DNA of 58,744 nt from an uncultured Clostridia bacterium (GCA_946527725.1 CAMMYM010000001.1:1-58744), one strand, 5' to 3'; shown: positions 42,139 through 51,729, numbered from the stretch's first letter. The notes: generated by a model not told the origin, from the letters alone. Numbers and translations are program-made.

Positions 42139-42873
42139 TCAGGGGATGCGGCGGAGAATACCGCCGATTTCGAAAGCAGTTGTATCACCGATGATACCTT
42201 CAAGCCTGTATTGCTTTTCCCGGATTGTCCGGCGAAGCGTTACTTCCTGCCCCGGAAGGATCTCATGGTTATAATTGAAGATAACTGTTTCCGGTTCGGA
42301 ATGCAGCATTTCATCGATACCAAATGCATTGCAGAGCCAATCCGCATAGCGGGCATTATTCACATGGCCGTTTACGTCAATATCGGTATATAAAGGCTTA
42401 TATGAGGTGATGAATTCTTCACCCTGCAATGCCCCGACTGTTGCGGGCAGGTTCATGGGAACAGCCAGGTCGCGGTTGTCAGGAATCAGGCGGGCAATAT
42501 CACCCGGCGGCAGCATTTTCCTCGTCTGTATGTCAAGAAGCAGCCAGAGCGTTCCTGCTTTCCCGACCATTTCGCCATGTTCGTCCGTGAAGATGTAGTA
42601 ACGGGGGAAAAAACAAATCCTGTTGGGCATTGGAAAGGTATGAAGCGTAATCTTTTCACCGATGCGGGGATAGCGGTTCATATGCAGTTCGCTTCGGGAG
42701 AGCACCCAGACAATGTTTTGCCTGAGCAGTTCCTCCCTTCCGCAGCCAAGGAGCAGGCTGTGCGCACCGGCAGCTTCCTGCATCGCTTCCAGTACGGCAC
42801 TCAGCCGCCAGCTGCCTTTCATATCGCAGTCCCGGGTCAGAAGGGTAAATGTTTCATCATAGGTTTTCATCAT
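42139..42873 (-). CDS. Acyl-ACP thioesterase (FatA/FatB-like double hotdog)
   Basis: MQEAAGAH, WVLSR...RYP, DIDVNGHVNNARY. Confidence 0.9.
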   Translation of the reverse strand: MMKTYDETFTLLTRDCDMKGSWRLSAVLEAMQEAAGAHSLLLGCGREELLRQNIVWVLSRSELHMNRYPRIGEKITLHTFPMPNRICFFPRYYIFTDEHGEMVGKAGTLWLLLDIQTRKMLPPGDIARLIPDNRDLAVPMNLPATVGALQGEEFITSYKPLYTDIDVNGHVNNARYADWLCNAFGIDEMLHSEPETVIFNYNHEILPGQEVTLRRTIREKQYRLEGIIGDTTAFEIGGILRRIP

Positions 42874-43537
42874 GCGAATCATCTCCTGCGGATTGAGCTT
42901 TCCGGCGCTGATTCCGCTGGGACAGCAGAACAAGGTACCGGTCCAGGTCATCAAAAGGTTCAAGCAAGGAATCACTGCGAAGGTAAAGCGGATGATGCGG
43001 ATGGCCGTCTTTGCTGCGCCGGCCGGCCGTATACCAGCGGGCTCCGTATTCCTTTCCGATCCGGATCATGTCCATGACGCATCCGGGGAGGTAATCCCGC
43101 TTCGTAATCAGGGATCCCCAGGCGGCCCATACGGAACAGGGCGAAGGATACTGTTCCAGGATCCACTCAAAGGCCTTCATATTCTCCCGGTGCATATCAG
43201 GGTTTAGATGCATTTCCATGTCATCCGGGATCGTTGCCCGCTGGGCATATACGTTGAACATAATAAAGGAATCAAATCCGTTGAACGCTGCAATCCGCTG
43301 GGCGCTTTTCAGGGTGTTGTCGAGCCTGTCCGGCGCGGCGGTGGAAGGATTGATGCCGATACAGACAAGCGGATGAGATCCCCGTGTACCGAGGATATAG
43401 CGGTATTCACTGTAATGGTCAGGAATATACAGCCAGCGGTTCCTGTCAAAATCATCCGCAACCGGAATCAGGGCGTCCTCAAAGGTGAGGACGCCTGCAT
43501 GCAGCGTGTCGGAAGAAGGAATGTGCCTCATGATCAC
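42857..43537 (-). CDS. DUF1643 domain protein
   Basis: RYIL, IGINPSTA, NVYAQRAT.P, WAAWG, PHHPLY. Confidence 0.82.
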   Translation of the reverse strand: MIMRHIPSSDTLHAGVLTFEDALIPVADDFDRNRWLYIPDHYSEYRYILGTRGSHPLVCIGINPSTAAPDRLDNTLKSAQRIAAFNGFDSFIMFNVYAQRATIPDDMEMHLNPDMHRENMKAFEWILEQYPSPCSVWAAWGSLITKRDYLPGCVMDMIRIGKEYGARWYTAGRRSKDGHPHHPLYLRSDSLLEPFDDLDRYLVLLSQRNQRRKAQSAGDDSHDENL

Positions 43538-44283
43538 TTTTTCAGCGGCCGGATCAGAATCAGGGGTGTCAGCTCGTCACCCTGACCTGAAGGATTGTCC
43601 GCCATGGCATCCTGGATTTCGTCGTCTGTAAGCGGGAAGTCGTCACACTTGCCAAGCTGGTTCTGATCGATATCGTTGGCGTCCATCAGGACAACAGGAA
43701 TCCCGGTATCTTTCTCCAGCTTATTACATAGTTCAACGGCGTTCGGCGGGTTGATCAGCGCGAGTTCCTTATACCGGTCGAAACTGGAACGGAAGTAAAA
43801 ACCGTCAATCCCGGCAACACCCTTGCCGCAGATTTTATAAAACAATCCGTGTACGCCGAACGGGCGCGTGACAGCGCTGATAAAAGCGGCAAAAAGAACC
43901 CTCGGAAGGCCGCACATATCAATAACGAGCTGCAGTTTGTAGGGCTCATGCATGCCGACACCGGTTTCATTGATACCGGCAAACGGAGCCAGTTTCTTCG
44001 CCCAGAAACCGGGATGCACTTCCTCTTTTGTTTTGACGTTGCGCGTGCACATCGCCATCACCTTGGCACCGAAAGAAAGAACATCTCCATCCTCCGCCAG
44101 CGGAAGTACATACCTGCGGACAAGCTCTGCCTGATCTTCGCCGACCTCGACAAAGTGGGTCTGGATCGCGAAACGGTCGTATTTCCGGCCGTTTTTTCCT
44201 GTCAGGGTACCGCGGTCAAAATATGTGATCCCGTCTTTTTCCCGACGCTGATCCTCAAGATTCCTGGAAGGTATAATGCCCAT
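43534..44283 (-). CDS. Coenzyme F420-0:L-glutamate ligase (CofE)-like protein
   Basis: AIQTHFV..GED, GDVLSFGAKV, GIDG, DAND, DNPSGQGDELTP resemble the CofE-like family. Confidence 0.72.
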   Translation of the reverse strand: MGIIPSRNLEDQRREKDGITYFDRGTLTGKNGRKYDRFAIQTHFVEVGEDQAELVRRYVLPLAEDGDVLSFGAKVMAMCTRNVKTKEEVHPGFWAKKLAPFAGINETGVGMHEPYKLQLVIDMCGLPRVLFAAFISAVTRPFGVHGLFYKICGKGVAGIDGFYFRSSFDRYKELALINPPNAVELCNKLEKDTGIPVVLMDANDIDQNQLGKCDDFPLTDDEIQDAMADNPSGQGDELTPLILIRPLKK

Positions 44284-44314
44284 AAGACACCTCCGAATGA
44301 TACACGTTCAAATT

Positions 44315-44343
44315 ATTATAACGGCACAGGTATTGTATGTCAA
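44315..44343 (-). promoter_or_regulatory. Consensus sigma-A promoter of the cofE-like operon
   Basis: Perfect TTGACA-N17-TATAAT on the minus strand. Confidence 0.88.
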
Positions 44344-44365
44344 CGCCGGAAAGCATCCATATATA

Positions 44366-44394
44366 TTGTGCTTTTAACGGTTTTCTGGTAAAAT
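44366..44394 (+). promoter_or_regulatory. Divergent promoter for GT2-GtrA
   Basis: TTGTGC-N17-TAAAAT with an extended TG. Confidence 0.55.
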
Positions 44395-44484
44395 AATAAT
44401 GTTTTTGTGCGCTGCGGCATGCCTGCGCCGGGACGATTGACGCTGCAGGGAGCCTAATCAGCTGAAGGCGAGGTTAAACTTTAA

Positions 44485-45600
44485 ATGAATGATCATGTGA
44501 ATGCTATCCGGGATACAGCCATCCTGATCCCGTCCCTGGAGCCGGATGAAAGACTTCCGGCATATATACGCAAACTGGAAGAAAGCGGATTCGGCACAAT
44601 CATCGTCGTTGATGACGGAAGCAGTGAATCTTTTCAGCCCGTTTTCAGCGAAGTTGAAAACATCGAGCGCACCGTTGTCCTGCACCATGACGTGAACCAC
44701 GGTAAAGGCGTTGCGCTGAAAACAGGATACAGGTATATCCTGGAGCATCTTCCGGATGTGAAAGGAATCATCACAGCCGATGCGGACGGGCAGCATACAG
44801 TGCCCGACTGTATCCGCCTTGCGGAGAAACTGAAGGAAGGGGAGCGTGCAGTTTATCTCGGAAGCAGGAATTTTGACCTTCCGGACATTCCACCAAAATC
44901 GCGCTCAGGCAACAAAATCACTTCCACGGTTTTCAAGCTTTTCTATGGTGTCTGGCTGCCGGATACGCAGACAGGGCTCCGGGCTTTTCACCGCGAAGAT
45001 CTTCCGTTTATGATCAATGTATCCGGTGAACGCTACGAATACGAGATGAAAGTCCTTATTGCATGTGCAACAAAGAAGATACCGATCATTCCCGTGACGA
45101 TTGAAACCATCTATGAAAACGGGAAAAATGAGGGAACCCATTTCCATCCTGTCCGGGATTCCTACAGGATCTATAAGGTTATCCTGGGCGGTTTTATCCG
45201 GTTTATGGGTTCATCACTCATCTGTTTTATTGCTGATCAGGTTTTGTTTAATCTTTTTAAAAGCTGGCTTTTTCCCATTCTCAGCCTGAAACTGCATCTT
45301 GGCCTGCCTTTCGGGATGACGCTGGATAACACTTCACTGGCGAATTACACCGCAAGGTTTTTCAGTGCTATCCTGAATTTCCGACTGAACAGGGACCTGG
45401 TATTCAAAGTCAAAGGCAAAAAGGGAACGGTACTTCGTTATGCAGTGACAGCCGTTGCGATTATAGTCCTTTCCACCCTTGGCATCAAAGCACTGGGCCT
45501 GATCGGTATGGCGCCGTGGCTTGCAAAGCTGATCGTTGATACGCTCCTGTATTTTGCAAGTTACCGGATCCAGCGGCAATGGGTTTTCAGGGAGGAGTAA
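44485..45600 (+). CDS. Bifunctional GT2 (polyprenol-phosphate glycosyltransferase) / GtrA flippase protein
   Basis: VVDDGS, NHGKGVALK, ADADGQH, DTQTGLR, then a four-TM GtrA-like tail (NFRLNRDLVF, IQRQWVF). Confidence 0.9.
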   Translation: MNDHVNAIRDTAILIPSLEPDERLPAYIRKLEESGFGTIIVVDDGSSESFQPVFSEVENIERTVVLHHDVNHGKGVALKTGYRYILEHLPDVKGIITADADGQHTVPDCIRLAEKLKEGERAVYLGSRNFDLPDIPPKSRSGNKITSTVFKLFYGVWLPDTQTGLRAFHREDLPFMINVSGERYEYEMKVLIACATKKIPIIPVTIETIYENGKNEGTHFHPVRDSYRIYKVILGGFIRFMGSSLICFIADQVLFNLFKSWLFPILSLKLHLGLPFGMTLDNTSLANYTARFFSAILNFRLNRDLVFKVKGKKGTVLRYAVTAVAIIVLSTLGIKALGLIGMAPWLAKLIVDTLLYFASYRIQRQWVFREE

Positions 45601-45604
45601 TGAT

Positions 45605-46486
45605 ATGCGGATGATGAAGGGGATACTTCGGACGCTGTCTGCCCTGCTTATTGCGGCAGTTCTTTGTCTTGCTGTTTCCACATATGCAGTGCATGAAGAC
45701 GGGGAAGAGATTGTTTCTTTTCTCGATCTGCGGATTACGGTTACAGGCGCCGGCGCAGCTGTATCTTTTCTTGTGTTTCTCCTGTTTTCATTCCTTTGGC
45801 TGGCTGAAACACCCGGCCAGCCGGAGAACGGTACGCACAGGCAGAAACGCCTGAATGCCGCGGGCTTCGGCTTTTTTCCGGCAGCTGCCGTATGGAAGAT
45901 TTTTGAGCAGCACATATGGCTTTCCCGGGGCAAAAGCATTTTTGAACCGCTGCCGGAAATTCCATACCTGACGTCGGAAGGCTTTTTTGCGCCTTCCCGC
46001 ATCGAATTCGTTCTCTCACTGCTCTGCTTTGCTGTTCTTGTGGCCTGGCTTGCAACACGAAAGGCTGATTTTCCGTGGAACGGAGACCTGCTCCTGACCG
46101 TTGTATGCACGTGGGGGATGCTCCGTGTCCTGACGGAAGAATTCCGCCTATATCCCCTGATGGCGGCCGGCCGGGTTAACATCATGCAAATCCTCATGAT
46201 GGCGGCAGCCGATATCTGCCTGCTGGTCTGGACACTCCGGAGTGACGAAAGCATGCAGAAAAGCACCGCATTCGCGGTGCTTGAATGGATTGTTGTGCTG
46301 AGCTGCGAAACGGTGATCATCCTGAACTCTGCCGGGGTCCTGACGGCAGGCAGCATGATAGGCGATCTGGCAGTCAACACCGGATGTGTGATCCTTTGCC
46401 TGTTGCTGATGCTGTTCTCAGGCAAGGACAGCAGGGAAGCGGCTGACGTTATTTCCGGTTCGGACAGTCCTGCTTATTACAGCTAG
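45605..46486 (+). CDS. Polytopic membrane protein, divergent Lgt-like
   Basis: About 7 TM segments; PSRIE...WGMLRVLTEEFR...Q recalls the Lgt C-terminal motifs; canonical HGG and GRxGN are absent. Confidence 0.55.
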   Translation: MRMMKGILRTLSALLIAAVLCLAVSTYAVHEDGEEIVSFLDLRITVTGAGAAVSFLVFLLFSFLWLAETPGQPENGTHRQKRLNAAGFGFFPAAAVWKIFEQHIWLSRGKSIFEPLPEIPYLTSEGFFAPSRIEFVLSLLCFAVLVAWLATRKADFPWNGDLLLTVVCTWGMLRVLTEEFRLYPLMAAGRVNIMQILMMAAADICLLVWTLRSDESMQKSTAFAVLEWIVVLSCETVIILNSAGVLTAGSMIGDLAVNTGCVILCLLLMLFSGKDSREAADVISGSDSPAYYS

Positions 46487-46898
46487 CGCAGGAGTCAAGG
46501 GAGACTTCGCTGCCGGGAACCATCATTTCAGACTGGCCGTGATCCCTGCGGATAACCCGGAAACCGAGACGGGAGAAGAAGCCTTCCGTATCTTCTGGGC
46601 AGATGAGACGTATTTCCCTGGCGGCATGGGTTTGTGCTTTGTAAAGAAGCAAGCGGAGTGTAAGATCTCCAAGGCGGCGGCCGCGAAGCGGTGAGACCAC
46701 ACCGATACTGCCCAGCCAGTAAACGCCGTCCTCCCACCAGATCCGGCCTGTCGCGGCAGGTTCGCCGTCAGCAAATACAAGGGCGTTCCAGCCGGCTTGA
46801 TCAACGGGATCTCCCGATATGCCGAAAACGGCCAGCCGAACGGGCAGGACCCCGTCGGACAGGTTTTCACCCGGTGCAAACCATTTTCCCTGGATCAT
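46449..46898 (-). CDS. GNAT-family N-acetyltransferase
   Basis: ATGRI, IGVVSPLRGRRLG acetyl-CoA motif, FFSRLGF; AAGGAGG RBS; Cys-rich tail. Confidence 0.85.
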   Translation of the reverse strand: MIQGKWFAPGENLSDGVLPVRLAVFGISGDPVDQAGWNALVFADGEPAATGRIWWEDGVYWLGSIGVVSPLRGRRLGDLTLRLLLYKAQTHAAREIRLICPEDTEGFFSRLGFRVIRRDHGQSEMMVPGSEVSLDSCASCNKQDCPNRK

Positions 46899-46939
46899 CA
46901 GAATCCTCCTTACTACAAGAAAAAGAAGAGGTGCAGCAT

Positions 46940-47158
46940 ATGGACAAAAAGAAGATTGAACGCATTAATGAACTGGCCCGCAAAAAGAAGAACGGAGGCC
47001 TGACGGAAGAGGAGCTTGCGGAACAGGCTGCGCTCAGGAAGGAATACCTGGACGGATACCGCGAAAACCTGAAGGCAATGCTGGACGGGATTATTGTTCA
47101 GGAAAAAGACGGTACCAGGCATCCGCTGAAAAAGAAAGATCCGCCTCCTTTCTCATGA
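46940..47158 (+). CDS. DUF896 (YnzC/UPF0291) protein
   Basis: IERINELARKKK..GLTEEELAEQAALRKEYL; start moved to ATG 46940. Confidence 0.9.
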   Translation: MDKKKIERINELARKKKNGGLTEEELAEQAALRKEYLDGYRENLKAMLDGIIVQEKDGTRHPLKKKDPPPFS

Positions 47159-47184
47159 TAGGGCTGAAGGCTCAGAAAGTCAAC

Positions 47185-47213
47185 TTGTCAAAAGACGGCT
47201 GTTTGTTTATAAT
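47185..47213 (+). promoter_or_regulatory. sigma-A promoter of the 47.2-52.3 kb operon
   Basis: TTGTCA-N17-TATAAT. Confidence 0.78.
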
Positions 47214-47246
47214 CTTGCAGGATAATAATGGAAAGAGGTGTTTCAA

Positions 47247-47561
47247 ATGGATGATTTCGAAATGAACAACATGGATGGCATGGAATCGGATACGATCATT
47301 TTTGAGGATGAAGACGGAAACGAATATGAGTTTGCCGTACGGGATTATTTCTTTTACAACGGGGATGAATATGCCCTGCTGACCGAAGTCGGCCAGGAAG
47401 CGGACGAAAACGGGGAAGAATGTATTGTCTGCAAAGTAGAAACCACTGAGGGTGAAGACGGAGAAGAAGACGAGGAGTTTGTGCTTGTCGAGGATGAAGG
47501 ACTGGCCGCCAAACTGATCGAGATTGCCAATACCCGGCTCGCTGATGATGAGGAAGAGTAA
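47247..47561 (+). CDS. DUF1292 domain protein
   Basis: IIFEDEDGNEYEF...YNGDEYALL, highly acidic. Confidence 0.85.
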   Translation: MDDFEMNNMDGMESDTIIFEDEDGNEYEFAVRDYFFYNGDEYALLTEVGQEADENGEECIVCKVETTEGEDGEEDEEFVLVEDEGLAAKLIEIANTRLADDEEE

Positions 47562-47584
47562 GAAGAGATAAAGGAGCTGAAGCC

Positions 47585-48661
47585 ATGAAACTCTATATTC
47601 GCGTTGCGCTCGTTCTCCTCTGCGCCGCACTGATCGTAAGCATGCCCTTTTTCCTTTCATCTCCGGCACTTCTGCAGGAGGCGGAGTCAGGAATCCTTTA
47701 CGGGGACGACGAGGGAAGCGCTATGGATTTCGGCAGGCTTCTGGTTTCGTCTGCCTATGCGGAAGAAGCAGGTACAGACGGGGAATTCTCAGCAGAGGAA
47801 ATCAACATTTCCGAGCTTGGAAAACTGAACATTCCTGATGAATGGGCGCTGCCGCTTGACTTCAGTGTACCGCCGGAGCCAGATCCGGAATGCTATACGG
47901 AAAACGGGTACGAAGACCAGTCTATCCGCGTTCGGGTGGAAACCAGGAACATGCTGGATTCCATTGTGCAGATTGCCTATGTGGAAATTGCAAGTCCGAC
48001 ACAGCTCCGTACCGTTGTCGAGAAGCGCGATAAGAAAGTAAGCAAGCTTGCTGATGCAAATAATGCAGTGATTGCGATGAACGGCGATTATTGCAAAAAA
48101 GACAGCAACAATAAATTCTTCGAAATCCGCATGACGAAAAAACAGAATGTGGCAAAGAAAAACTCAAAAAGCTTTGACACGCTGGTGATCGACAAAAACG
48201 GCGACTTCCATGTGTTTGTCCTTTCAGACGGGCTTACGGAATACAGGGAAAAACACATGAATGATATCGTTAACGCATTCCTTTTCGGGCCTGCGCTTGT
48301 CAAGGACGGGGAGATTGTTTTCCCGGAAGGGAAAAAATACCTGCTGTATGCTTCTGAGCACTGCGACGGGCGTTCTGCCATCGGCCAGACCGGACCGCTG
48401 AGCTACGTAATGGTTGTTGTCGAAGCCCACGGGAAGGACAGCAAAGGCGTTACTTTTGCCGGGCTTGCACAGATAATGAAGGAGCTTGGCTGTATCACGG
48501 CTTACAACCTGGACGGCGGGAATTCTGCAGAACTGTACATGAAAGGGCCGGAACCCGATCTCGTGAAATATATGTTCAAGGGAAACCTGACAGCTGCCGA
48601 GCGTGAACAGAGCGATATCATTTACTTCGCAACGGCGGTGCCTGTCGACCAAAGGAAATAA
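47585..48661 (+). CDS. Exported phosphodiester glycosidase (NAGPA/DUF2233) family protein
   Basis: AMNGDY, FGPALVKDG, RSAIGQ, AYNLDGGNS; N-terminal hydrophobic segment. Confidence 0.87.
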   Translation: MKLYIRVALVLLCAALIVSMPFFLSSPALLQEAESGILYGDDEGSAMDFGRLLVSSAYAEEAGTDGEFSAEEINISELGKLNIPDEWALPLDFSVPPEPDPECYTENGYEDQSIRVRVETRNMLDSIVQIAYVEIASPTQLRTVVEKRDKKVSKLADANNAVIAMNGDYCKKDSNNKFFEIRMTKKQNVAKKNSKSFDTLVIDKNGDFHVFVLSDGLTEYREKHMNDIVNAFLFGPALVKDGEIVFPEGKKYLLYASEHCDGRSAIGQTGPLSYVMVVVEAHGKDSKGVTFAGLAQIMKELGCITAYNLDGGNSAELYMKGPEPDLVKYMFKGNLTAAEREQSDIIYFATAVPVDQRK

Positions 48662-48694
48662 CGTCCAAGTCCTGTCGAAAGGAAGCATGAGCGG

Positions 48695-49681
48695 ATGAGA
48701 TTATGGGAGGAAGCGCCGCAGACGCAAATCTTCGGCATTTCTGTATACACATTCGGCCTGTACTGTATGATCGGCGCGCTTTGCGCAGCTGCATGCATCG
48801 CGATCTTATGCAGGGAATTGAAAACAAAAAAAGGAACTGCGCAGGTACTGATCTGCGCCTCCTTCATTTTCGGCCTTTTCGTTTCCCGCCTTGCTTATGC
48901 ACTGGTACGGGTAGCCAAGGACCTGACAGGCGGGGATGATGCATTTCCTTTTTTCAGCTGGATCCGGCCCGATATCGGGGGATGGAGCCTTTACGGCATG
49001 ATTTTCGGTGCTTTTCTTGCTGCATGGGTTACTTCAAAGATTACGCGGGAAACGCCGAAAAAGCTCCTGGACATCGTATCCTGTTCCATCCCGCTGGCTA
49101 TTGCAGCGGAACGCTTCGGTGAAAAATGCCTGGAAGTTTTCAATATCAGCAGGTCCTTCGAGGAAACACAGTTCCCGGCAAATACATTTCTTGCGGTGAA
49201 GGATCCCGATTACGGGGATTTTTATCTTTTGACTTATCTGTACTGCGCTGCGGCTGCTGTTATCCTCTTCCTGGTCCTGGTGTTCATGCTCACGAGAAGG
49301 AATACAGCCGAAGGGGATGCCTGGCTGCTTTTCATGATCCTGTGCGGTGCTGGCGGCGTAATCCTTGCAAGCCTCCGGAACGACAGCTTCATGGAAATCA
49401 GCTTTGTAAAAATGCAGCAGGTCGCTGCCGCCGGGTTGCTGGTCTGGGGCGTTGCTGCAGCCGGAAAACAGCATGCAGGCGCCCGGAAAAAACTTTACAG
49501 GGCTGCGCTTATTTCCCTGCCGGCCGTCATCGCAATTTGCATCGGTATTGAATTTGCCCTCGATAAAACAACCGTCAGCCATGTGCTGCTTTATCTGATG
49601 ATGATTGTATGCCTGGCAGTACCGGTAGTGCTTGGAGTTAAACTGCTCAGAAACAGTCAGAAAGGAACGAAAGCAGCTTGA
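48695..49681 (+). CDS. Prolipoprotein diacylglyceryl transferase (Lgt)-family membrane protein, non-canonical
   Basis: FGISVYTFGL, SRLAY, GGWSLYGMIFG, LLDIVS...AERFGE, SLRND...Q follow the Lgt layout with motif substitutions. Confidence 0.72.
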   Translation: MRLWEEAPQTQIFGISVYTFGLYCMIGALCAAACIAILCRELKTKKGTAQVLICASFIFGLFVSRLAYALVRVAKDLTGGDDAFPFFSWIRPDIGGWSLYGMIFGAFLAAWVTSKITRETPKKLLDIVSCSIPLAIAAERFGEKCLEVFNISRSFEETQFPANTFLAVKDPDYGDFYLLTYLYCAAAAVILFLVLVFMLTRRNTAEGDAWLLFMILCGAGGVILASLRNDSFMEISFVKMQQVAAAGLLVWGVAAAGKQHAGARKKLYRAALISLPAVIAICIGIEFALDKTTVSHVLLYLMMIVCLAVPVVLGVKLLRNSQKGTKAA

Positions 49682-51729
49682 GCGAAAAAGAATCCGGGAA
49701 AATGCCGCTTCGTGCAGCAATTTCACAGCTTTTCGGATATATTTACTGCATGATTCTGTCGAACATGCTGACGGATATGCCTCTTTTTGGCGGTGTTCTT
49801 TACCTGTGCGGAAAAGCGGTGATTGTGTTTTCGGGTACTTTCGGAAAGAACCGCAGGTTCCTGCCGGCATACGCAAAGCGCTGGATGATTCTTCTGACAG
49901 TCGTACTCCTTGCAATTGGGATCATCCTTGCCGGGCTGTTTCCGGCTGGAATCCTGAGCGGAAAGGTATGGATGCTTTATGCTGCTGTTGCGCTTTGCCT
50001 GTGTTCTGAAGCAAACAGCGACCGCCTTTCCACGTTCAAACGCACTGATGAACCGCTTTCACTGCGGGTAAAGCTGCTCGGTATTCTTTTCCAGTGTGCC
50101 ATAACGATTGGCATGTCTGCGATTATTTTCTTCAATTTCGGATGGCCGGACGGGCTTGCTCCTGCGGCCGGATTCCTGCTGCTCGTCCTGAGCAGGATCT
50201 ATGTGATGTACCGCTTCAGGGGAAACGAACTGATGGCGGATCCTGATGAAAAACTTTGTGAAGCGGACTTCAGGCAAGCACATGCATACCGCAGCGTCGA
50301 GTGGGTCAGCCTGTTGCTTGTGATGTCCGTTGAGCTGACAATTACCTGCATCTATGCTCTGCTCGCCACAAACCGTGACGGACTGCTGGCGGCGATGGCC
50401 ATTGCCGTCCTTTGCACAGTTATCCCGGCAGAAGCCGGCTATTTGCTGCTTCGAAGGTCTGAAAAAAGCGGGAGGAGGGATCCGACCTGGATGATCTGTA
50501 CAGGGCTGATTTTTTGGCTGTGCGGGATTATCCTCTGCATCCAGATGCTGATTGCCGGGAAAGTTGATTATCTTCGTATTTACATTTGCCTTGTCATCTG
50601 TACTGCCGGCGGATCGCTGAGCATGACCGGACTCGGACGAATTGAAGAACTGATGCCGGAAGCGGTCAATGCAAGCGGTGAAGAAGTGCCAAAGGGATAC
50701 TGGAAGCTGCGTACGACGAACTGGAACCTGGCACGGCTGCTGGGAGATGTGCTTTCCCTCATCGCCCTGGGCATCTTCTGCTTTGTCAACAGAAAAGGGT
50801 TGCCGCAGACTGCTGAAGAACTGGCGGCACGTTTCCAGCCGATCCTGTCTATTCCTGTTTTCCTGGTTGTAATCGGCGCGCTTGTCAGCGCATTCCGTTT
50901 CCCGATCAGCAAAAGGTATATTGAGAAGATCCGGAAACTGATGGACATTCGGCAGCAGGGTGAGGAAAATGCAGCACTGAGGAAACAGGTTGCGCGCGTT
51001 GTGAAGGAACCGTACCGGCAGCCATACCTCTCCAGGTTTTGCATTTTCCTGTGCAGGCTGCACTTTCGGTGCAGGCTGGTAAACAGGGACCATATTGTCA
51101 CCGATGATGAGAACCCGATCGTTTTCCTCTGCAATCATGGGGAATTCTACGGACCGATGGCATGCAAGATTTATATCCCGGTACCGATAAGGGCCTGGGT
51201 TGTTTCTTCCATGATGAATGACAAAAAAGCCGTAACGAAATATATTTATGATAATACGACAAGCCGCCAGGAGGGCATGCCTGAATTCGAAAAAAGGCTT
51301 CTGGCCCGAATGGCTGCCTGGCTGAGCGTGAATGTGATGGGACAGCTGGAAGCTATCCCGGTATACCGCGATTCTCCGCAAAAACTACGGGAAACATTCC
51401 GCATTACCATGGAAGCAATGGAAGCGGGGGATAACCTGCTGATCTTTCCGGAAAACCCGGAAAACAAATATCCAAGCGAAGGCATCGGTGAATTGTCGCC
51501 TGGCTTTGTGATGCTTGCAGATATCTACTGGAAAAGGAAGAAAAAACGGCTCAGAATGCTGCCGATGTATGCGGATAAAAAGACACGTACAATTACTTTC
51601 GGTGAAATATTCGAGTTTGATCCCGAAAACAATCTGAAGGATGAAACTGAACGCGTCATTGAAGAAACAACCAGGCAGATCCGGGCGATTGCCGGGCAGG
51701 AAACAGGGGTGAAAAAGCGTGCGGAATAA
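49678..51729 (+). CDS. Fusion of an MFS-like multi-TM domain and a C-terminal PlsC-like acyltransferase
   Basis: About 12 hydrophobic segments ending in IP...FRFPIS; then VFLCNHGEFYGP, AIPVYRD, LLIFPE, LPMY. Confidence 0.75.
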   Translation: MSEKESGKMPLRAAISQLFGYIYCMILSNMLTDMPLFGGVLYLCGKAVIVFSGTFGKNRRFLPAYAKRWMILLTVVLLAIGIILAGLFPAGILSGKVWMLYAAVALCLCSEANSDRLSTFKRTDEPLSLRVKLLGILFQCAITIGMSAIIFFNFGWPDGLAPAAGFLLLVLSRIYVMYRFRGNELMADPDEKLCEADFRQAHAYRSVEWVSLLLVMSVELTITCIYALLATNRDGLLAAMAIAVLCTVIPAEAGYLLLRRSEKSGRRDPTWMICTGLIFWLCGIILCIQMLIAGKVDYLRIYICLVICTAGGSLSMTGLGRIEELMPEAVNASGEEVPKGYWKLRTTNWNLARLLGDVLSLIALGIFCFVNRKGLPQTAEELAARFQPILSIPVFLVVIGALVSAFRFPISKRYIEKIRKLMDIRQQGEENAALRKQVARVVKEPYRQPYLSRFCIFLCRLHFRCRLVNRDHIVTDDENPIVFLCNHGEFYGPMACKIYIPVPIRAWVVSSMMNDKKAVTKYIYDNTTSRQEGMPEFEKRLLARMAAWLSVNVMGQLEAIPVYRDSPQKLRETFRITMEAMEAGDNLLIFPENPENKYPSEGIGELSPGFVMLADIYWKRKKKRLRMLPMYADKKTRTITFGEIFEFDPENNLKDETERVIEETTRQIRAIAGQETGVKKRAE

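Noticed and set aside
46940-47158. DUF896 gene as part of an SOS (yneA-yneB-ynzC) operon
   Set aside because: No adjacent lexA or yneA, and no GAAC-N4-GTTC box seen upstream.
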